Origin: Eledone cirrhosa | Taxonomy: Eukaryota | Direction of reading: 5' to 3' | DNA length: 64,000 nucleotides | NCBI GenBank assembly: GCA_964016885.1 | Contig: OZ024740.1 | Coordinates: forward strand, 404,550,001-404,614,000 | Shown here: positions 1 to 11,712 of the stretch, one piece after another | How positions within the stretch are numbered: the stretch's first letter is position 1 | Layout of the letters: each line of letters starts with the position of its first letter | Program-made: the position numbers and the translations under genes | Notes under the pieces: generated by a model | What the model was told of the DNA's origin: nothing | Databases searched by the model: none | Seen by the model: the letters and a program-made list of their open reading frames with translations, nothing else

Positions 1-421
1 AGCATGGACTGTGTGTTTTTTTTGTTGTGACACCTACACGACCTCATTTATTTCAGACTGAATGTTGTGGTACCAACATAACTTTACATTGAAAGGGGTA
101 GTGGGACGGGGGTGTATTTTTGTTAGAGGTGCCTACTGACTATAGGTTTCGCTTTGTACTTAGGCAAGGCGAGTCTTCTGTGTTACTGTGTAGCGCCAAA
201 GATCTCGGTCCAGTGACATTGTCTAGGAGAGGTGTAAGTATCCTAAATTTGTATTTTAGTTAAAGGTCTTTTAGCTTCCAGACCTTTCTTCTCCACACCT
301 TGTATGTCTCATTCCATCTCTTGCTTACTGAGATATCACTAACGACTAACCTATGCTGTGGGGTACATTCTTCCCAGGGTATGCCTGTCCCGTTGCCTAA
401 TTAGTAAGAAGTCAATCTGGC
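1..421 (-). mobile_element. RTE LINE fragments: 3' end of the ORF/3'UTR (1-238) joined to an endonuclease C-terminal piece (~240-421)
   Basis: 1-238 is colinear with 14360-14607; 240-421 reads SQIDFLLIRQRDR..PGEECTPQHRLVVSDI..RRKVWKLKD on the - strand. Confidence 0.8.
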
Positions 422-527
422 TTATATATATATATAACCCATGCTAGCGTGGAAAGTGGACGTTAAACGAGGATGATGATGATACACACACAATCATTAT
501 CATAATCAATATCTTTTCTATGGACAG

Positions 528-633
528 ATATACCGGGAAATGCAGCGCCTATCTGATGGACTAGGATTGCGAATCCATTACATAAAAAAAGCTAGTCTGA
601 AGAAAATTGGACCAAAGACATTCAACAAAAAAG
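528..633 (+). CDS. DDX52: DDX52 internal exon (IYREMQRLSDGLGLRIHYIKKASLKKIGPKTFNKK)
   Basis: ag|ATA acceptor, G|gtatgt donor; the terminal G plus AT of the next exon gives the D of DILVTTP; resembles the DDX52 segment preceding motif Ib. Upstream exons lie outside the window. Confidence 0.85.
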
Positions 634-817
634 GTATGTTTTTTGTTGATTTTTCATAGTTGATGTATTAAATAATCTATAATGTACATCTGGAAGACAT
701 ATACAGCTAGTCAATTGACTACCAGTCAACCAATTACGATATTCAGTAGTTATATCTCTTCTTCTTGTCGTATGACATATGTACAATGGTTATGTACATA
801 TGAGTGCTGGGTGCTTT

Positions 818-1035
818 TTTGCAGTGGAATGATAGGGACCGCAGTCCCTATCATCTCATTTCTACAGCTGAGTAAACTGGAGCAATGTAAAATAAAGTGT
901 CTTGCTCAAGGAAACAACACAGACCGGGTGATGTGTTGTTTCCTTGAGCAAGACACTTTATTTCACATTGCTCCAGTTTACTCAGCTGTAGAAATGAGAT
1001 GATAGGGACTGGGGTCCATATCATTCCACTGCAAA
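818..1035. repeat. Near-perfect inverted repeat, ~104-bp arms with a 10-nt loop
   Basis: 818-921 is the reverse complement of 932-1035 with only a few mismatches. Confidence 0.95.
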
Positions 1036-1200
1036 GTGGTCGTGGTGGTGCCACGGCAAAAAAGCACCCAACACTCACTGTAAATGAGGTTGGTGCTAGG
1101 AAGGGCATCCAGCTGTAGAAATCAAGCCAAAATCAGTTCCCGTCCCACCCTTGCAAGCAGGGAAAAAGCGGACGTAAAATGAAATGAATGAATGAATGAT
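932..1200 (+). mobile_element. 5'-truncated SINE with a CORE-like domain and an RTE-derived 3' end, (TGAA)n tail
   Basis: ccttgagcaagacactt...cacattgctccag is shared with 26917-26961; ggttggtgctaggaagggcatccagctgtagaaa is shared with the LINE 3'UTR at 21982-22016. Confidence 0.75.
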
Positions 1201-1201
1201 G

Positions 1202-1700
1202 TTAGAGATACATCGAGATTGGTGAGCCAGACTAAGACATCATCTGTAGTATTGTGGATTGCCTCCAGGCTGCCGGGAATACGTCTGAGGGGGCAATCCT
1301 GAACATCATGCAGCACTTTGGTCAGGATCCCCACAGTCACATGCTGAGCTGTCTTTCATTTTCCATTGATGGAGATGATGGGCTGTCCTGGTATGGGTTG
1401 TGTGGATCCGATTAAAGGACATCCATTGATTCCCAGAATGGTTTGTGTGATTTCAAGTGCATGTTGGAAAGGTTTTCCAGGCCTTCATGGATGGGAACGT
1501 TGGACTTGGTAAGAAGTGCTGCTTCACAGATCAGTGTTGCCGCATATAAGAAGGAACTATATGAGAAAGGGTAGGCAGCCACTGAATAAATGTAGATTTC
1601 AGTGTGCCAGATACTATTCTCATTGTTAAGTTGAGGATGCTGTCTTGCCTGCTTTGGTGGACGAAAGGTCAGTTTCTGTCTCACTTATGGTGTAAGATCT
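1202..1700 (-). mobile_element. Degenerate 3' fragment of a Vingi/Ingi-like (I-group) non-LTR retrotransposon
   Basis: Frameshifted pieces MRIVSGTLKSTFIQWLPTLSHI, PIHE..HLKSHKPFW, NRIHT..HLHQWKMKDSSACDCG..HDVQDCPLR..WLTNLDVSL* (C-terminal CCHC knuckle). Confidence 0.6.
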
Positions 1701-2058
1701 AGTAAGTGGGGTACTCTTTGGTGAAGATAAGTAGGCTGCTGGGACATTTCACAGACTTCTTGGTGTGCCTCCTTGGTTAGAGGTACCTAGGAGTTAAGAA
1801 GTAAGTGTGTATCATATGTCACTGCCCACCTAACTGTAAATTGGTAATGCAGGTAAGAATGTGCAGCTAGTGATTAGTTAGCCTTCTATATTCAGTTCAA
1901 TCCTTCTTTTCAATATTTGTGAGGAATGTTTACTTGAGATTCAAACATAACTTTGTATTGACTTTCTTGAAGTTTATTTTATCTGATTAACTTGGGTTGC
2001 TATTTTAATTTCCATGTGTAAACTTGTAATAATATTATTTTTGTATTTCTCTTTGAAG

Positions 2059-2131
2059 ATATTTTAGTGACAACTCCTCAGAGACTTGTTTTTGTTCTCT
2101 CTCAAGAACCACAAATCCTTTCTCTAAGCAG
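2059..2131 (+). CDS. DDX52: DDX52 exon, motif Ib (DILVTTPQRLVFVLSQEPQILSLS)
   Basis: aag| acceptor, AG|gttagt donor, TTPxRL motif, phases match both neighbours. Confidence 0.93.
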
Positions 2132-2518
2132 GTTAGTTTTCAATTTTGTATCTATCATTATCATCCTCCTCAATTAATATCCATTTATGCTGCTAACAAG
2201 GGTTGGACATGTTGCCACAGACCGGTTAGTACTCAAGCAAAACTATTGCCTTCTCAGATGAGCCATATCTACCAGCTCAAAATTATATATAAAAAGTAAA
2301 GTCTTCAGTTTCATGCAGTACCTAACGTTAAGAGTTAAATTTAGTTCTTTCACCATTATGTTCTGTTTTGAGTTCAAATCCTGCCATGGTTAACATTGTC
2401 TTTTATCTCTTTGAAATTGATAAAATAAGTACCAGTAATATAATGTTGCCTGTTAAAAATGACTAACCCAATCTTCCTTTTGCTAGTAGACATTCTTGAT
2501 GTTATTATTTCCTTGCAG

Positions 2519-2588
2519 TGTTGAATGGCTTATTATAGATGAATCTGACAAACTGTTTGAAGATGGTAAAACAGGATTCCGCGATCAG
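2519..2588 (+). CDS. DDX52: DDX52 exon, motif II ([23 protein letters not shown])
   Basis: The DESD variant of the DEAD box followed by [13 protein letters not shown] is characteristic of DDX52; cag|...|gtattt. Confidence 0.97.
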
Positions 2589-2834
2589 GTATTTCTAAAT
2601 CCTCATTATCTAAACTTCTGTTTTACTCTGCATATCCACCTTATTAACACTTCTATGTACAGAAAGCATATAATTAAACTCTTTTTAAAAATCAAAAAAG
2701 AAGTGTAAATTTCAACTTGGAAAATCTCAGCTGACGTAAGAACCAGAGTATTAATGGTTCATATCTTGCTGTCCATGGCAAAAAACACTTAAGCTTTAAT
2801 AGCTTAGTCTGCTTAGTTATATACCGATACCATA

Positions 2835-3200
2835 ATCATCCTTGCCACTTTATGGCCATTTTTCTATGCTTGCATGGGTTGGATAGGTCTTTTCCAGCAC
2901 CCTTCCATTCATCGCAATCCTTCATCAACTGGACAGTGCGAGTCACTGATTTAAGATCAGCTCTCACAATCTCTGCTCAAGTCTTCCTTGACCTCCCGCT
3001 TCTGAAGCTCCCTTCTACTCGGGTTTCTTGGCATTTTTTCCCCTAGTGTCATCATCTATACACATCACATGATCATACTAGCACAGTCTTCTCTCCTGCA
3101 CACTGCATCTGATTCCTCTTATATCCAGATTTTCTTGCAGCTCATCCATGCTTTGTCATACACATACATTAGCATTGCATATCCATTGGAGCTTGCTTGC
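2835..3200 (-). mobile_element. Older, diverged RTE 3' fragment (related pieces at ~7980-8180 and ~23200-23340)
   Basis: The - strand reads RQSMDELQENLDIRGIRCSVQERRL, homologous to RQSINELRKKLEIRGIRCCLLERRL of the LINE. Confidence 0.7.
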
Positions 3201-3716
3201 TTCATTTCTCTCTAACCTTCACATACCCTCTGCATTTATTGCCCATGTCTCTCTACTGTGCAACATCACACTTTACCCACTGGCATCATACAGCATGGGC
3301 ACATAAAACTTCACAGCTTTGTTTCGGTAGTTTTCGAAAATATGGTAACGAAAGGGTTAAGCTAGGCTATGGAATGCAACTTAAAAAGTTCTTAAATATA
3401 ATTATGGAAAGCTTCAACTTAGATATTAACTCTCAATGGCCTATACCACATTAGCAAGACCTTGAAAAGTACAAAATGATTTTAATACTGCAAGTTTTCA
3501 CAACAGTCCATTCACGAGAAAAAATAAGATTGCCATTTTAATTAACAGGACCTATTTCTAGACATTTTCTGCTAAATCATTGCAGGATATTAAGAGTTAA
3601 CACATTTAAAACCAGTTTATATCAAGAGTTAAACTCATGAGAATCTGTACTTCTACATAATAAACTCACCTACCTATTTTTGTTTACATAATTACAGTAA
3701 TATTTTATTTCTTCAG

Positions 3717-3850
3717 CTTGGAATTATCTACAAGGCCTGTGACTCTCCAAATATCCGCAGAGCCATGTTTAGTGCTACCTTTGCCCATGATGTTGAACAA
3801 TGGTGTAAGAAGAGTCTTAATAATGTTGTACAAGTCTACATTGGGGGCAA
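3717..3850 (+). CDS. DDX52: DDX52 exon, motif III ([44 protein letters not shown])
   Basis: SAT motif; ttcag| acceptor and |gtaaga donor. Confidence 0.96.
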
Positions 3851-4259
3851 GTAAGATACAAACTTTCTTGTTTTTCTTTCTTACCCATGCTAGCATGGAA
3901 AATGGACATGAAACGAAGATGATGATGATGATGTATCTTGAAGCCAGTGAATCCTTCATCAGTTTTACAGACAATCTTTCAGTCGTTTCACCAACTGAAC
4001 ACCTGACTCATAAAATAACATGTATGTGGTTGAATATTCCACAAATGAATGCACCCTTTGTAATTTTCAGGCAGCATGGACGTAGCACAATGTGACCTTT
4101 GAATTGCAGGCACAATCAATTTCACTCGCAAGGCTTGGGTCAACATGAGGCTATGGTAAAGGCATTTGCCTAAAGTGCTAGGCAATGAGATCAAAGAAAC
4201 ATATGATTGCAAAGCGAACTTCTTAATCACTTAGCCATGCCTGTGTCCCCATATTTTAA

Positions 4260-4805
4260 TTATTATTATCGTTTAACATCTGTTTTCCTTGCTAACACAA
4301 GTTGGACAGGTCATCACAGACTGAATCAGTACCACAGATGGGCCAGAGGCCTACATCTTACTTACATATGTTCCTGCACTCCGTTGAGTGCTCATACAGG
4401 CCTGGGGCCCACGTCTTGCTTATGTATGTTCCTGTGTTCTACCGAGTATACTTTGTCATGGCACCAACACCAGGGAGGTTGGCATGTCTTTTACACTGAT
4501 GAAGAATCCTATCAACTCTTTGTTTGGCAGATTTTCTATGGCTGGATGCTTCTATCACCGACCACTTTACAGAGTAGATCACTAACATTGGGAAGTTTGT
4601 TGTGTCTTTGACACAACTGATAAATCCTCCTGACTCCTTTCCTTGGTAGGTTTTCTATAGTTTGATGCCCTTCCTATCACCAATACTGGGTAGGTTGTCA
4701 TGTCTGACACAATTGGTGAGTTTTCCCGACTCCTTTCCTTGGTAGGTTTTGGCTAAATATCCTTCCTATCACCATCCACTTTACAGAGTGTACTGGGTAC
4801 ATTTA
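4260..4805 (-). mobile_element. RTE-tailed SINE-like element with internally repeated 3'UTR blocks
   Basis: attatcgtttaacatc tail junction; repeated ctcctttccttggtaggtttt / cttcctatcacc / ccactttacagagt blocks. Confidence 0.55.
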
Positions 4806-4876
4806 TTGTATAGATGACCAACAATTTAATTAAATGTATAACAGTTCTTTACACAAGTTTTATTTTGTTTCTGTAG

Positions 4877-4967
4877 GAATACTGCTACTGATACAGTTGA
4901 GCAACAACTGATGTTTGTTGGTTCTGAAAGTGGCAAGCTATTTGCTCTGAGGGATATAATTCAAAAG
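4877..4967 (+). CDS. DDX52: DDX52 exon ([30 protein letters not shown])
   Basis: tag|...|gtatat; matches the DDX52 VEQELLFVGSETGKL region. Confidence 0.95.
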
Positions 4968-5167
4968 GTATATTAATTTAGTGATATTTCTGATTGACTT
5001 AATGTATATAGTTACTTATGTTTCATCACACACACACACACACACACTTAATTGTCACATAATTTATTTCTTTGTATTAACTATGTCAGTTCAAACCATA
5101 AATGTTGAAGTTGTATTTGTTTGGCAAGTGGCTTGATCTAAGATCATGTGTTGTAACTCAAGAAATT

Positions 5168-5530
5168 AAATAATAATAATAATGAAAATATTGTGTACAG
5201 TGCTCAGGTGCACTACAACTCATCAAAAGTGTATGTATAGTACATAGGGTAATGTACAAATGTCAGGAAAATGAACAGTGCATGAGTCATGATATACATG
5301 TGTGCATGTGTATGGAAGGGGCACATCAGGTGTAGTTTTGGCGAATTTCGGGAAGCATGAGGGTTTTAAAGGATGCAGTGTCTCGGCAGCTAACAACTGA
5401 CGCAGGCAGACAACTCTAAGCATGAAAAAATGTTTCCGAAAGTCATGGGAGCTGTGCTGTTTTCTGACTTTGTAGGCATGTCCACGTGTGTTAGACACAT
5501 GGAGATCAAAAAGGTGCTCAGGGTTGCTGT
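5168..5530 (-). mobile_element. CR1-clade LINE 3' fragment with an (ATT)n tail
   Basis: SNTRGHAYKVRKQHSSHDFRKHFFMLRVV is a typical CR1 ORF2 C-terminus; (taa)n at 5169-5182. Confidence 0.8.
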
Positions 5531-6127
5531 TGGCGAGATTTCCTTACATAATGAAAAGTGGTGATAACCATATAAAACAAACATACACCAGTTTATTTTA
5601 TTTTGTCATAGTATTGTGTTTTAAATGGCTATCATGGCTCTTTCTAATATTAAAATTTGATTGATATCATTCTGGATACATTGTTTACGTTTATTTTTAA
5701 TGGAGTTTTATGTATTACTCATTGCTTTAGTTACAGGAACAATGTATATTTAGGGCATATACGTAATATATATATGTATGTGTTATCCTCATCATCATAC
5801 ATACTGGCACGAGTTGAACAGCTCACAGTTTCTCACTATTTGCCACAGTTCTTTGCCATCTGGTATGGCACACACAGCAACAGTGTAAATCAATCTTTGT
5901 TGTGTATAATTGTTTTTTTTTATTTTGGTGGGAGGGACGAGGTTTAAGCAGTTCAATGCTCTCCCTATTCCCAACCCCTTTACAGTGGTTATCTACAGCA
6001 GGGATAGAGAGTCCTCTCTACTCTGTATCAATATTTTGTTCAGTTACATATGCATGTGTATGTAAGTACAACTTATATTAAGAGAAATTATGCATAATTT
6101 TACCATCTCCTGTGAACTTTAGACAGT

Positions 6128-6340
6128 TTAACCCTTTAGTTTTTACATTACTCTATATTTACTATTGTATTTTCACGGTAAAGGCTTTATCTCTCATATC
6201 TCACCTATCAGATTTTGATATTATTTATTTTGAGAACAATACCTTATTATCAGTATGAGCAGCTGGTCACAGCCAGTTTGAACAGAAAGAGGTGAGAGAA
6301 TTCTGGCTGAATACAACCAGTTTAAATGCTAAAGGGTTAA
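6128..6340. mobile_element. piggyBac-like MITE (TTAA-CCCTTTAG...CTAAAGGG-TTAA)
   Basis: Terminal inverted repeats with TTAA flanks; second copy at 26330-26558. Confidence 0.8.
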
Positions 6341-6562
6341 ACAATACAAAGACGCACACAGACAGACCCGCATACTGATCATTATCATTGTTTTTACATC
6401 TGTTTTTCCATCCTTGCATAGGTTTGATGAGTCCTCATCACTATAACATCTCTCTACTTGCATCTTTCCTTTGTCATCTTCTTTGTGAAGTTCAGCATCC
6501 CAAGATCTGCATTCTCAGGGTTTCTCAATTTGTTTTTCTCAAATCATTGTTTTTTTATGCAG

Positions 6563-6685
6563 GGTATTGAACCGCCAGTCTTAATTTTTGTGCAATCCCA
6601 GGAACGTGCAACAGAATTGTTTCAAGAATTGATTTATGATGGCATAAATGTTGATCTTATACATGCTGGTCGCTCACAGTCTCAG
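6563..6685 (+). CDS. DDX52: DDX52 exon, motif IV ([41 protein letters not shown])
   Basis: cag|...|gttatt; PPVLIFVQS motif. Confidence 0.96.
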
Positions 6686-7217
6686 GTTATTATTTTCTTT
6701 TACTCCACCTCCACTTCTCTTATTTCAGTATGCAGGTAGAAAATTGGCAGAGTTATTGGAACATCAGATAGAATGCTTTGCAGTATTTATTGTGGCTCTC
6801 TGCACTCTGAGTTCAAATCCCACTGAGATCAAGTTTGCCTTTCATCCTTTCAAGTTCGATAAAAAAAAATTACCAATCCTGTACTGGAGTTGATTTTTCC
6901 TCTGTATCTCTTTCTCACCCCCCCCCCCCTCTCTCGCTCTCTCAGGATGGGTTCTGCCAAATTAATGTGCCCAAGACATGCTGCATGTCACAACAGTGCC
7001 CCAGTGTGTCTTGCTTTTTGTTTAAGTATGTTGAAATAACGAATATAAGTTAGTATTTTACATTAGATAATGTATCGTGCCTGTTGGTAAGGTAAAATAC
7101 TCTACATATCTCAAGCAATCTTCTCTCAATTCATAATTGAGTATTTTTTAATTTGAATAAGTTAAGTATTAATAAATAGTACAAATCAATTTCAAACAGC
7201 ATACCCAGAATATTCTA

Positions 7218-7333
7218 TTTGAGTATATTCATCAAACATTTGAGTATATACATCATATGTTTGAGTATATCCATCAAACATTTGAGTATATTCATCAAAT
7301 ATTTGAGTATATTCGTCATTGTTCTGAGTATAC
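7218..7333 (+). repeat. 21-bp minisatellite, ~5.5 copies (TTTGAGTATATTCATCAAACA)
   Basis: Units start at 7218, 7239, 7260, 7281, 7302 and 7323. Confidence 0.92.
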
Positions 7334-7367
7334 TGTTTAGTTAACTCATTATTATTTTTTTTTGCAG

Positions 7368-7518
7368 AGAGAAAATGTTGTAGCAAGTTTCCGCGAGGGC
7401 AAAACATGGGTCCTCATTTGTACTGAGCTGATGGGACGAGGTATTGACTTCAAAGGTATAAACTTGGTGGTCAATTATGATTTTCCAACCAGTGCCATTA
7501 GTTATATTCACAGAATTG
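7368..7518 (+). CDS. DDX52: DDX52 exon, motifs V-VI ([50 protein letters not shown])
   Basis: RGIDF and YIHRIG motifs; cag|...G|gtaagt. Confidence 0.97.
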
Positions 7519-7564
7519 GTAAGTTTCTTGAAAATCTTTGTCTATTTCATCAACATTATTTACA

Positions 7565-7975
7565 GCGGTGGATTGGCAGTATAGGTAGAGAGTCGGACGC
7601 CATGCTTTCCATCATAGTAACGTCCCTTTACGATCTGAGTTCAAATCCCGCCGAGGTTAACTTTGTCTTTCATCCTTATGGGGTCGAAAAAATAAAGTAC
7701 CAGTAATGTACTGGGTAATTGCTGGCCTTGTGCCTAAAGTAGAAACAATTATTTACATTTGGAGTGGCAGTATGGGTAGAGCATCGGACACCCTGCCTCG
7801 TGGCACAGAGTTATGGCCTTTTACATTCTGAGTTCAAATCTCGCCGAGGTGATCTTTGCCTTTCATCCTTATGGGGTCGATAAAATAAAGTACTAATTAC
7901 ACACTGGGATCGATTTGATCAACTTTCCCATCCCCCTAAAATTGCTGGTCTTGTGCCTAAATCAGAAACCATTAT
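7565..7975 (+). mobile_element. Two head-to-tail tRNA-derived SINE copies (7565-7753, ~7760-7975)
   Basis: B-box-like GAGTTCAAATCCCGCC followed by the conserved core ctttcatccttatggggtcgataaaataaagtac (Meta-domain-like); older copies at ~2350-2445, ~6735-6895 and on the - strand at ~12190-12320, ~13560-13700, ~25900-26000. Confidence 0.82.
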
Positions 7976-9526
7976 TTTACATTTGTTTTTCTATGCTTGC
8001 ATGGAATGAATGGGTTCTATTTAACTCAGCCTCTTTCCACTCGTAGTGTTCTTTCATCATCTACTCTGTAAGGTTTAGCATTTTGTGATCAGCTCTAAAC
8101 ACCTCTGCCCAGGTTTTTCCCAGTCATCCTCTACTGCAGCTTTCTTCCACTGACATCTCATAGCCACTCCTTCACCCAACTTTGATTTCTGGAAAAACAC
8201 TAAATACTAAGATCTGAAAATATCCCAGTTCTGGACACTTCCATTTCTGTAGTTATTTGTACTTCAAACCACTGTTTCCTTACAAAGATCATGAGTATTA
8301 CAACACATGCTTCAGTCTTCTCTAAAGTTGGTATGACTAATCACCCATTGAGGAATAAAGCTGATTTAGAACAATCACATGTACAATGCATTCACCTGCA
8401 ACATTTAACAGATAGGAGCCACTACTTCTCCAAATTGAGAGATCACAGCTCTGATACTATGGAGAAGTGGTTAGATTGTCTAAGTAAAGAATCACTGGAG
8501 AGAATTTATGGGCAAAGCTAAGATTGAGAAGTAGACCACAAGCAAGATGGCTGGATAACATCTATGAGCTCGGTTGGTCTCACTTGAAGATGGTCTCATC
8601 TGATAAAACCTTCTCGAAAGCATGTCTGAGAACTCTGTCCCCATGACCTACCCAGGAATAAATGGGTGAAAACAAAGAAAGCATGCAATGCATACAATTG
8701 ATAAATTATTTTTCCACTTGTGTGTAAAATCAATAACTTAACTCAAAAGAGCAATCAGGTTATTAACTTTGTTGTTTTATATATACAATACAACCTCCAG
8801 TTTAATCTGTGAAATAAATACCAGTCAAGTACTGCAGTTGATTATCTATTCAACTTATTTATTTATTGGATAAAGTCTTTCAACAGTATATTGCTATTTG
8901 TGGTTTCAACCTTAACCTAGATGTTAATACAGTATCTCTGGTCTCTATCATCATCATCATCACCATATACAATTGAGATATTGTGAAATATTTTTTTGCT
9001 TTTTTTATTGGCTAACATAGGTAGAAGGGAACAACTATTTTTGCTATTATATCACTGTCATTTTATAATAAGGATCTGTAATCAGATGTGTTGGAAATCC
9101 TTTAAAGCTGTGGAAATTAACCACTAGTCGCGAATTCCTATTCATAATATATTTAACATACCTGTCATTACACACAGATTGTAATGAAAACTATAGTTCA
9201 GATCCAGTGGTAAATTTAGAGAAATTTGCTATGGATATTGGAGTTACTGTAACAAGAGTTTATCCTAGAACTGCAAGCTGACAAAGTACTTATCACTGTT
9301 CTAATGTTATTGTTCCTGCCTTGCAACACAGCTAGATTCACTGGGTCATCTGAGAGTTTCATATCTTGACTACTAATACTACACAGTAAATGAAAAAAGT
9401 GACCTGCCATCCTTGCAAACCTTCCCAGCTCATATCAGCATTAAAGACATGATGGTGATAAAATTATAATATTTTGACCTCTTTCCACTGCATCGAAACA
9501 GTTAAAACTTTAATTTACTTGTACAG

Positions 9527-9602
9527 GTCGTACTGGTCGTGCTGGAAGACATGGCAAAGCTATTACATTCTTTGTTGAAGATGATGTTGATTATTTAAAA
9601 AG
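9527..9602 (+). CDS. DDX52: DDX52 exon (GRTGRAGRHGKAITFFVEDDVDYLK)
   Basis: Completes HRIGRTGRAG; cag|...|gtgagc. Confidence 0.96.
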
Positions 9603-10155
9603 GTGAGCTGTAACACTATTTTACTGTTTAACCACCATTGCTACTATATTTTTTTCTTTCATACATTGTAAATTGTAGAAGTACATTGATGTTCAGTTCA
9701 ATCTCCCATCATACTCATGTGCACATTATAGCAGACAGGATTTCAACCAGCAAACATTATATATATACTATTTTTATCATCAGAACCACTGATATATATA
9801 TATACATACAAGAATAAGGCAGTAGATGACAATATGTGAAAGTGTAATGTCGGTGTAAATATGAAAAATGTTTCATTGCTATGTATATCGTCTTTAGAAT
9901 AGGTATACTATATTCTTGCATATCATAAGAGAGGAATAAAAAGGTTGGCACCAGGAAAAACATTGAGCAATAAAATATTACCTCAAAAAATATCCCCAGG
10001 ATGAGTATAAAGCCCACCTGTAAAACTTGCAAGACAATCCTCTGATTTAACAGGAAATATGGTCTTTAACCATTTCATTAATGTATTTCTATGAAATGCA
10101 CTTATTTCAAATAATTAATGAACAATGTTGAGGGATTTATCAAAATTATTATTTA

Positions 10156-11031
10156 CTAGCAGTGGTACCCATTGCACGGGATTAGGTATTTTGGAATGCG
10201 GGCCGCCAACAGACCTAATCGTGGAAAAACTGCATGCCTGGACAATATGTAAAGAAAATAATCCGAATACTCTGATGGCTGGATAATCTTTAAGATTTTC
10301 TTCGATGAAGCAGGAAAAATGCAGATTTTCACCTAATGCGGCCCTAGGTGATCAAGAAAATGAATTTTTTTATGTGCATAATATGCCTTTAAATTTTGGG
10401 GAAATCGGCTAGACGTAACGCCTCAAAAAAGCCCTAAAAAGCTGAAAAAATGAAGTTTTTCACCTAATGCAAGCCCTGGTCCATAAAAAAGTAGGATTTT
10501 CTTTGCTCACGGTATGAAGGAGAGGCTGACTAATACATAGTTACAATTTCAAGGAAATCGGTCTGACGTAACACCTCAAAAAACCCCTAAAAACCTGAAA
10601 AAACGCAGTTTTTCATCTAATGCAGGCCCTAGGGGATCAAAAAGTTGAAACATAAGTAATACACATGTAAAGTTTGAAAAAAGTCGGTTGGGTACTTCTC
10701 AAGTTTTAGGGATTCAAACTCACAGACACACACACACAATAGACATACTCAGTGATGTAATGCAGACATACAGACAGATATTATAAGGGCGCGATGTTAT
10801 ATGTATGTATCTATCTAAAAAGAGAAAGATTAAGAATTATAGAGAGAGATCGCTAAATCGCCTAATGCGGTCCCTAGGGCATTGAAAATTTGAAATTTCT
10901 TTTGCTCAGAACACTCCCTGAAACATAAGTATTACATGTGTTAAGTTTGAAAACAGTCGGTTGGGTGCTTCTCGAGTTTTAGGGATTCAAACTCACACAC
11001 AGACAGACATCCTCAGTTTTATATATATAGA
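10156..11031 (-). mobile_element. Non-autonomous Helitron with internal duplications, nested in a TTAA-bounded MITE
   Basis: The - strand starts A|TCTATATATATAAAA, carries (TGTC)/(TG) repeats, and ends CCCGTGCAATGGG hairpin...CTAG|T; flanks 10057-10155 and 11032-11167 rejoin into an element homologous to 11477-11712. Confidence 0.8.
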
Positions 11032-11299
11032 TTACTGAAACAATTACTTAACATATGGTTCTTATATAAAATTATGTTGGAAGATTTTAATTTAAATAGG
11101 AACTCCATTAAAAATGTGGTTTTGTTTCATAGAATCAAAGCCAGGTTGGTAGCAAAAAGTGTGTTAAATACTTGTAGTTAAGTATTGATGTTACACTGAA
11201 GATGAGATGAGATAACCTTATTAATAACTCAATAAATATTTATTGCTATATCTATAACTATGGAATGTGTTGTATACTAAATATATTTTGTGTTTGCAG

Positions 11300-11371
11300 T
11301 ATTGCCACTGTTATGCATGGTGCTGGTTGTCCTGTCCCAGAATATATGTTGAAACTAAAACGTCTTAACAA
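11300..11371 (+). CDS. DDX52: DDX52 exon (SIATVMHGAGCPVPEYMLKLKRLN)
   Basis: GCPVPEY motif; cag|...|gtaagt. Confidence 0.95.
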
Positions 11372-11476
11372 GTAAGTCTAGTTTAACTCAGTTTATTATT
11401 ATTATTATTATTAGATGAGATCTTCTGTTGTTATCTTCCGTTATATCATGCTCAGTTTGACTTTTCCTGTTAACTT

Positions 11477-11712
11477 TAATCTTTTCACTACAATATTCCT
11501 CATGAAATATACTTATTTCAATTAATTAATAAAGAATTTAAAGGAATTTGCTAAAATTAATTATTTCACTACTAAGATGGTATTTGTAACGTAACTTAAC
11601 GAAACGATCTTATATCAAATTATGCTGGGAGCTTTTAATTTAAATAGGAACCCTTTAAAATGGGTGGTTTTGTTTCACAGAACCAGAAGCAATTTGGTAG
11701 CAAAAGTGTTAA
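11477..11712. mobile_element. TTAA-bounded MITE-like element (uninterrupted copy)
   Basis: Colinear with the two halves flanking the Helitron; ends ggtagcaaaagtgttaa. Confidence 0.65.

Noticed and set aside
682-1108. Two similar ORFs on opposite strands
   Set aside because: A by-product of the inverted repeat of a SINE segment.
7192-7407. EYTQ-repeat ORF
   Set aside because: Translation of the intronic 21-bp minisatellite, antisense to DDX52.
8340-8690. Possible very old RTE C-terminal relic (RSRPQARWLDNI)
   Set aside because: Only one short motif is recognisable; too decayed to call with confidence.
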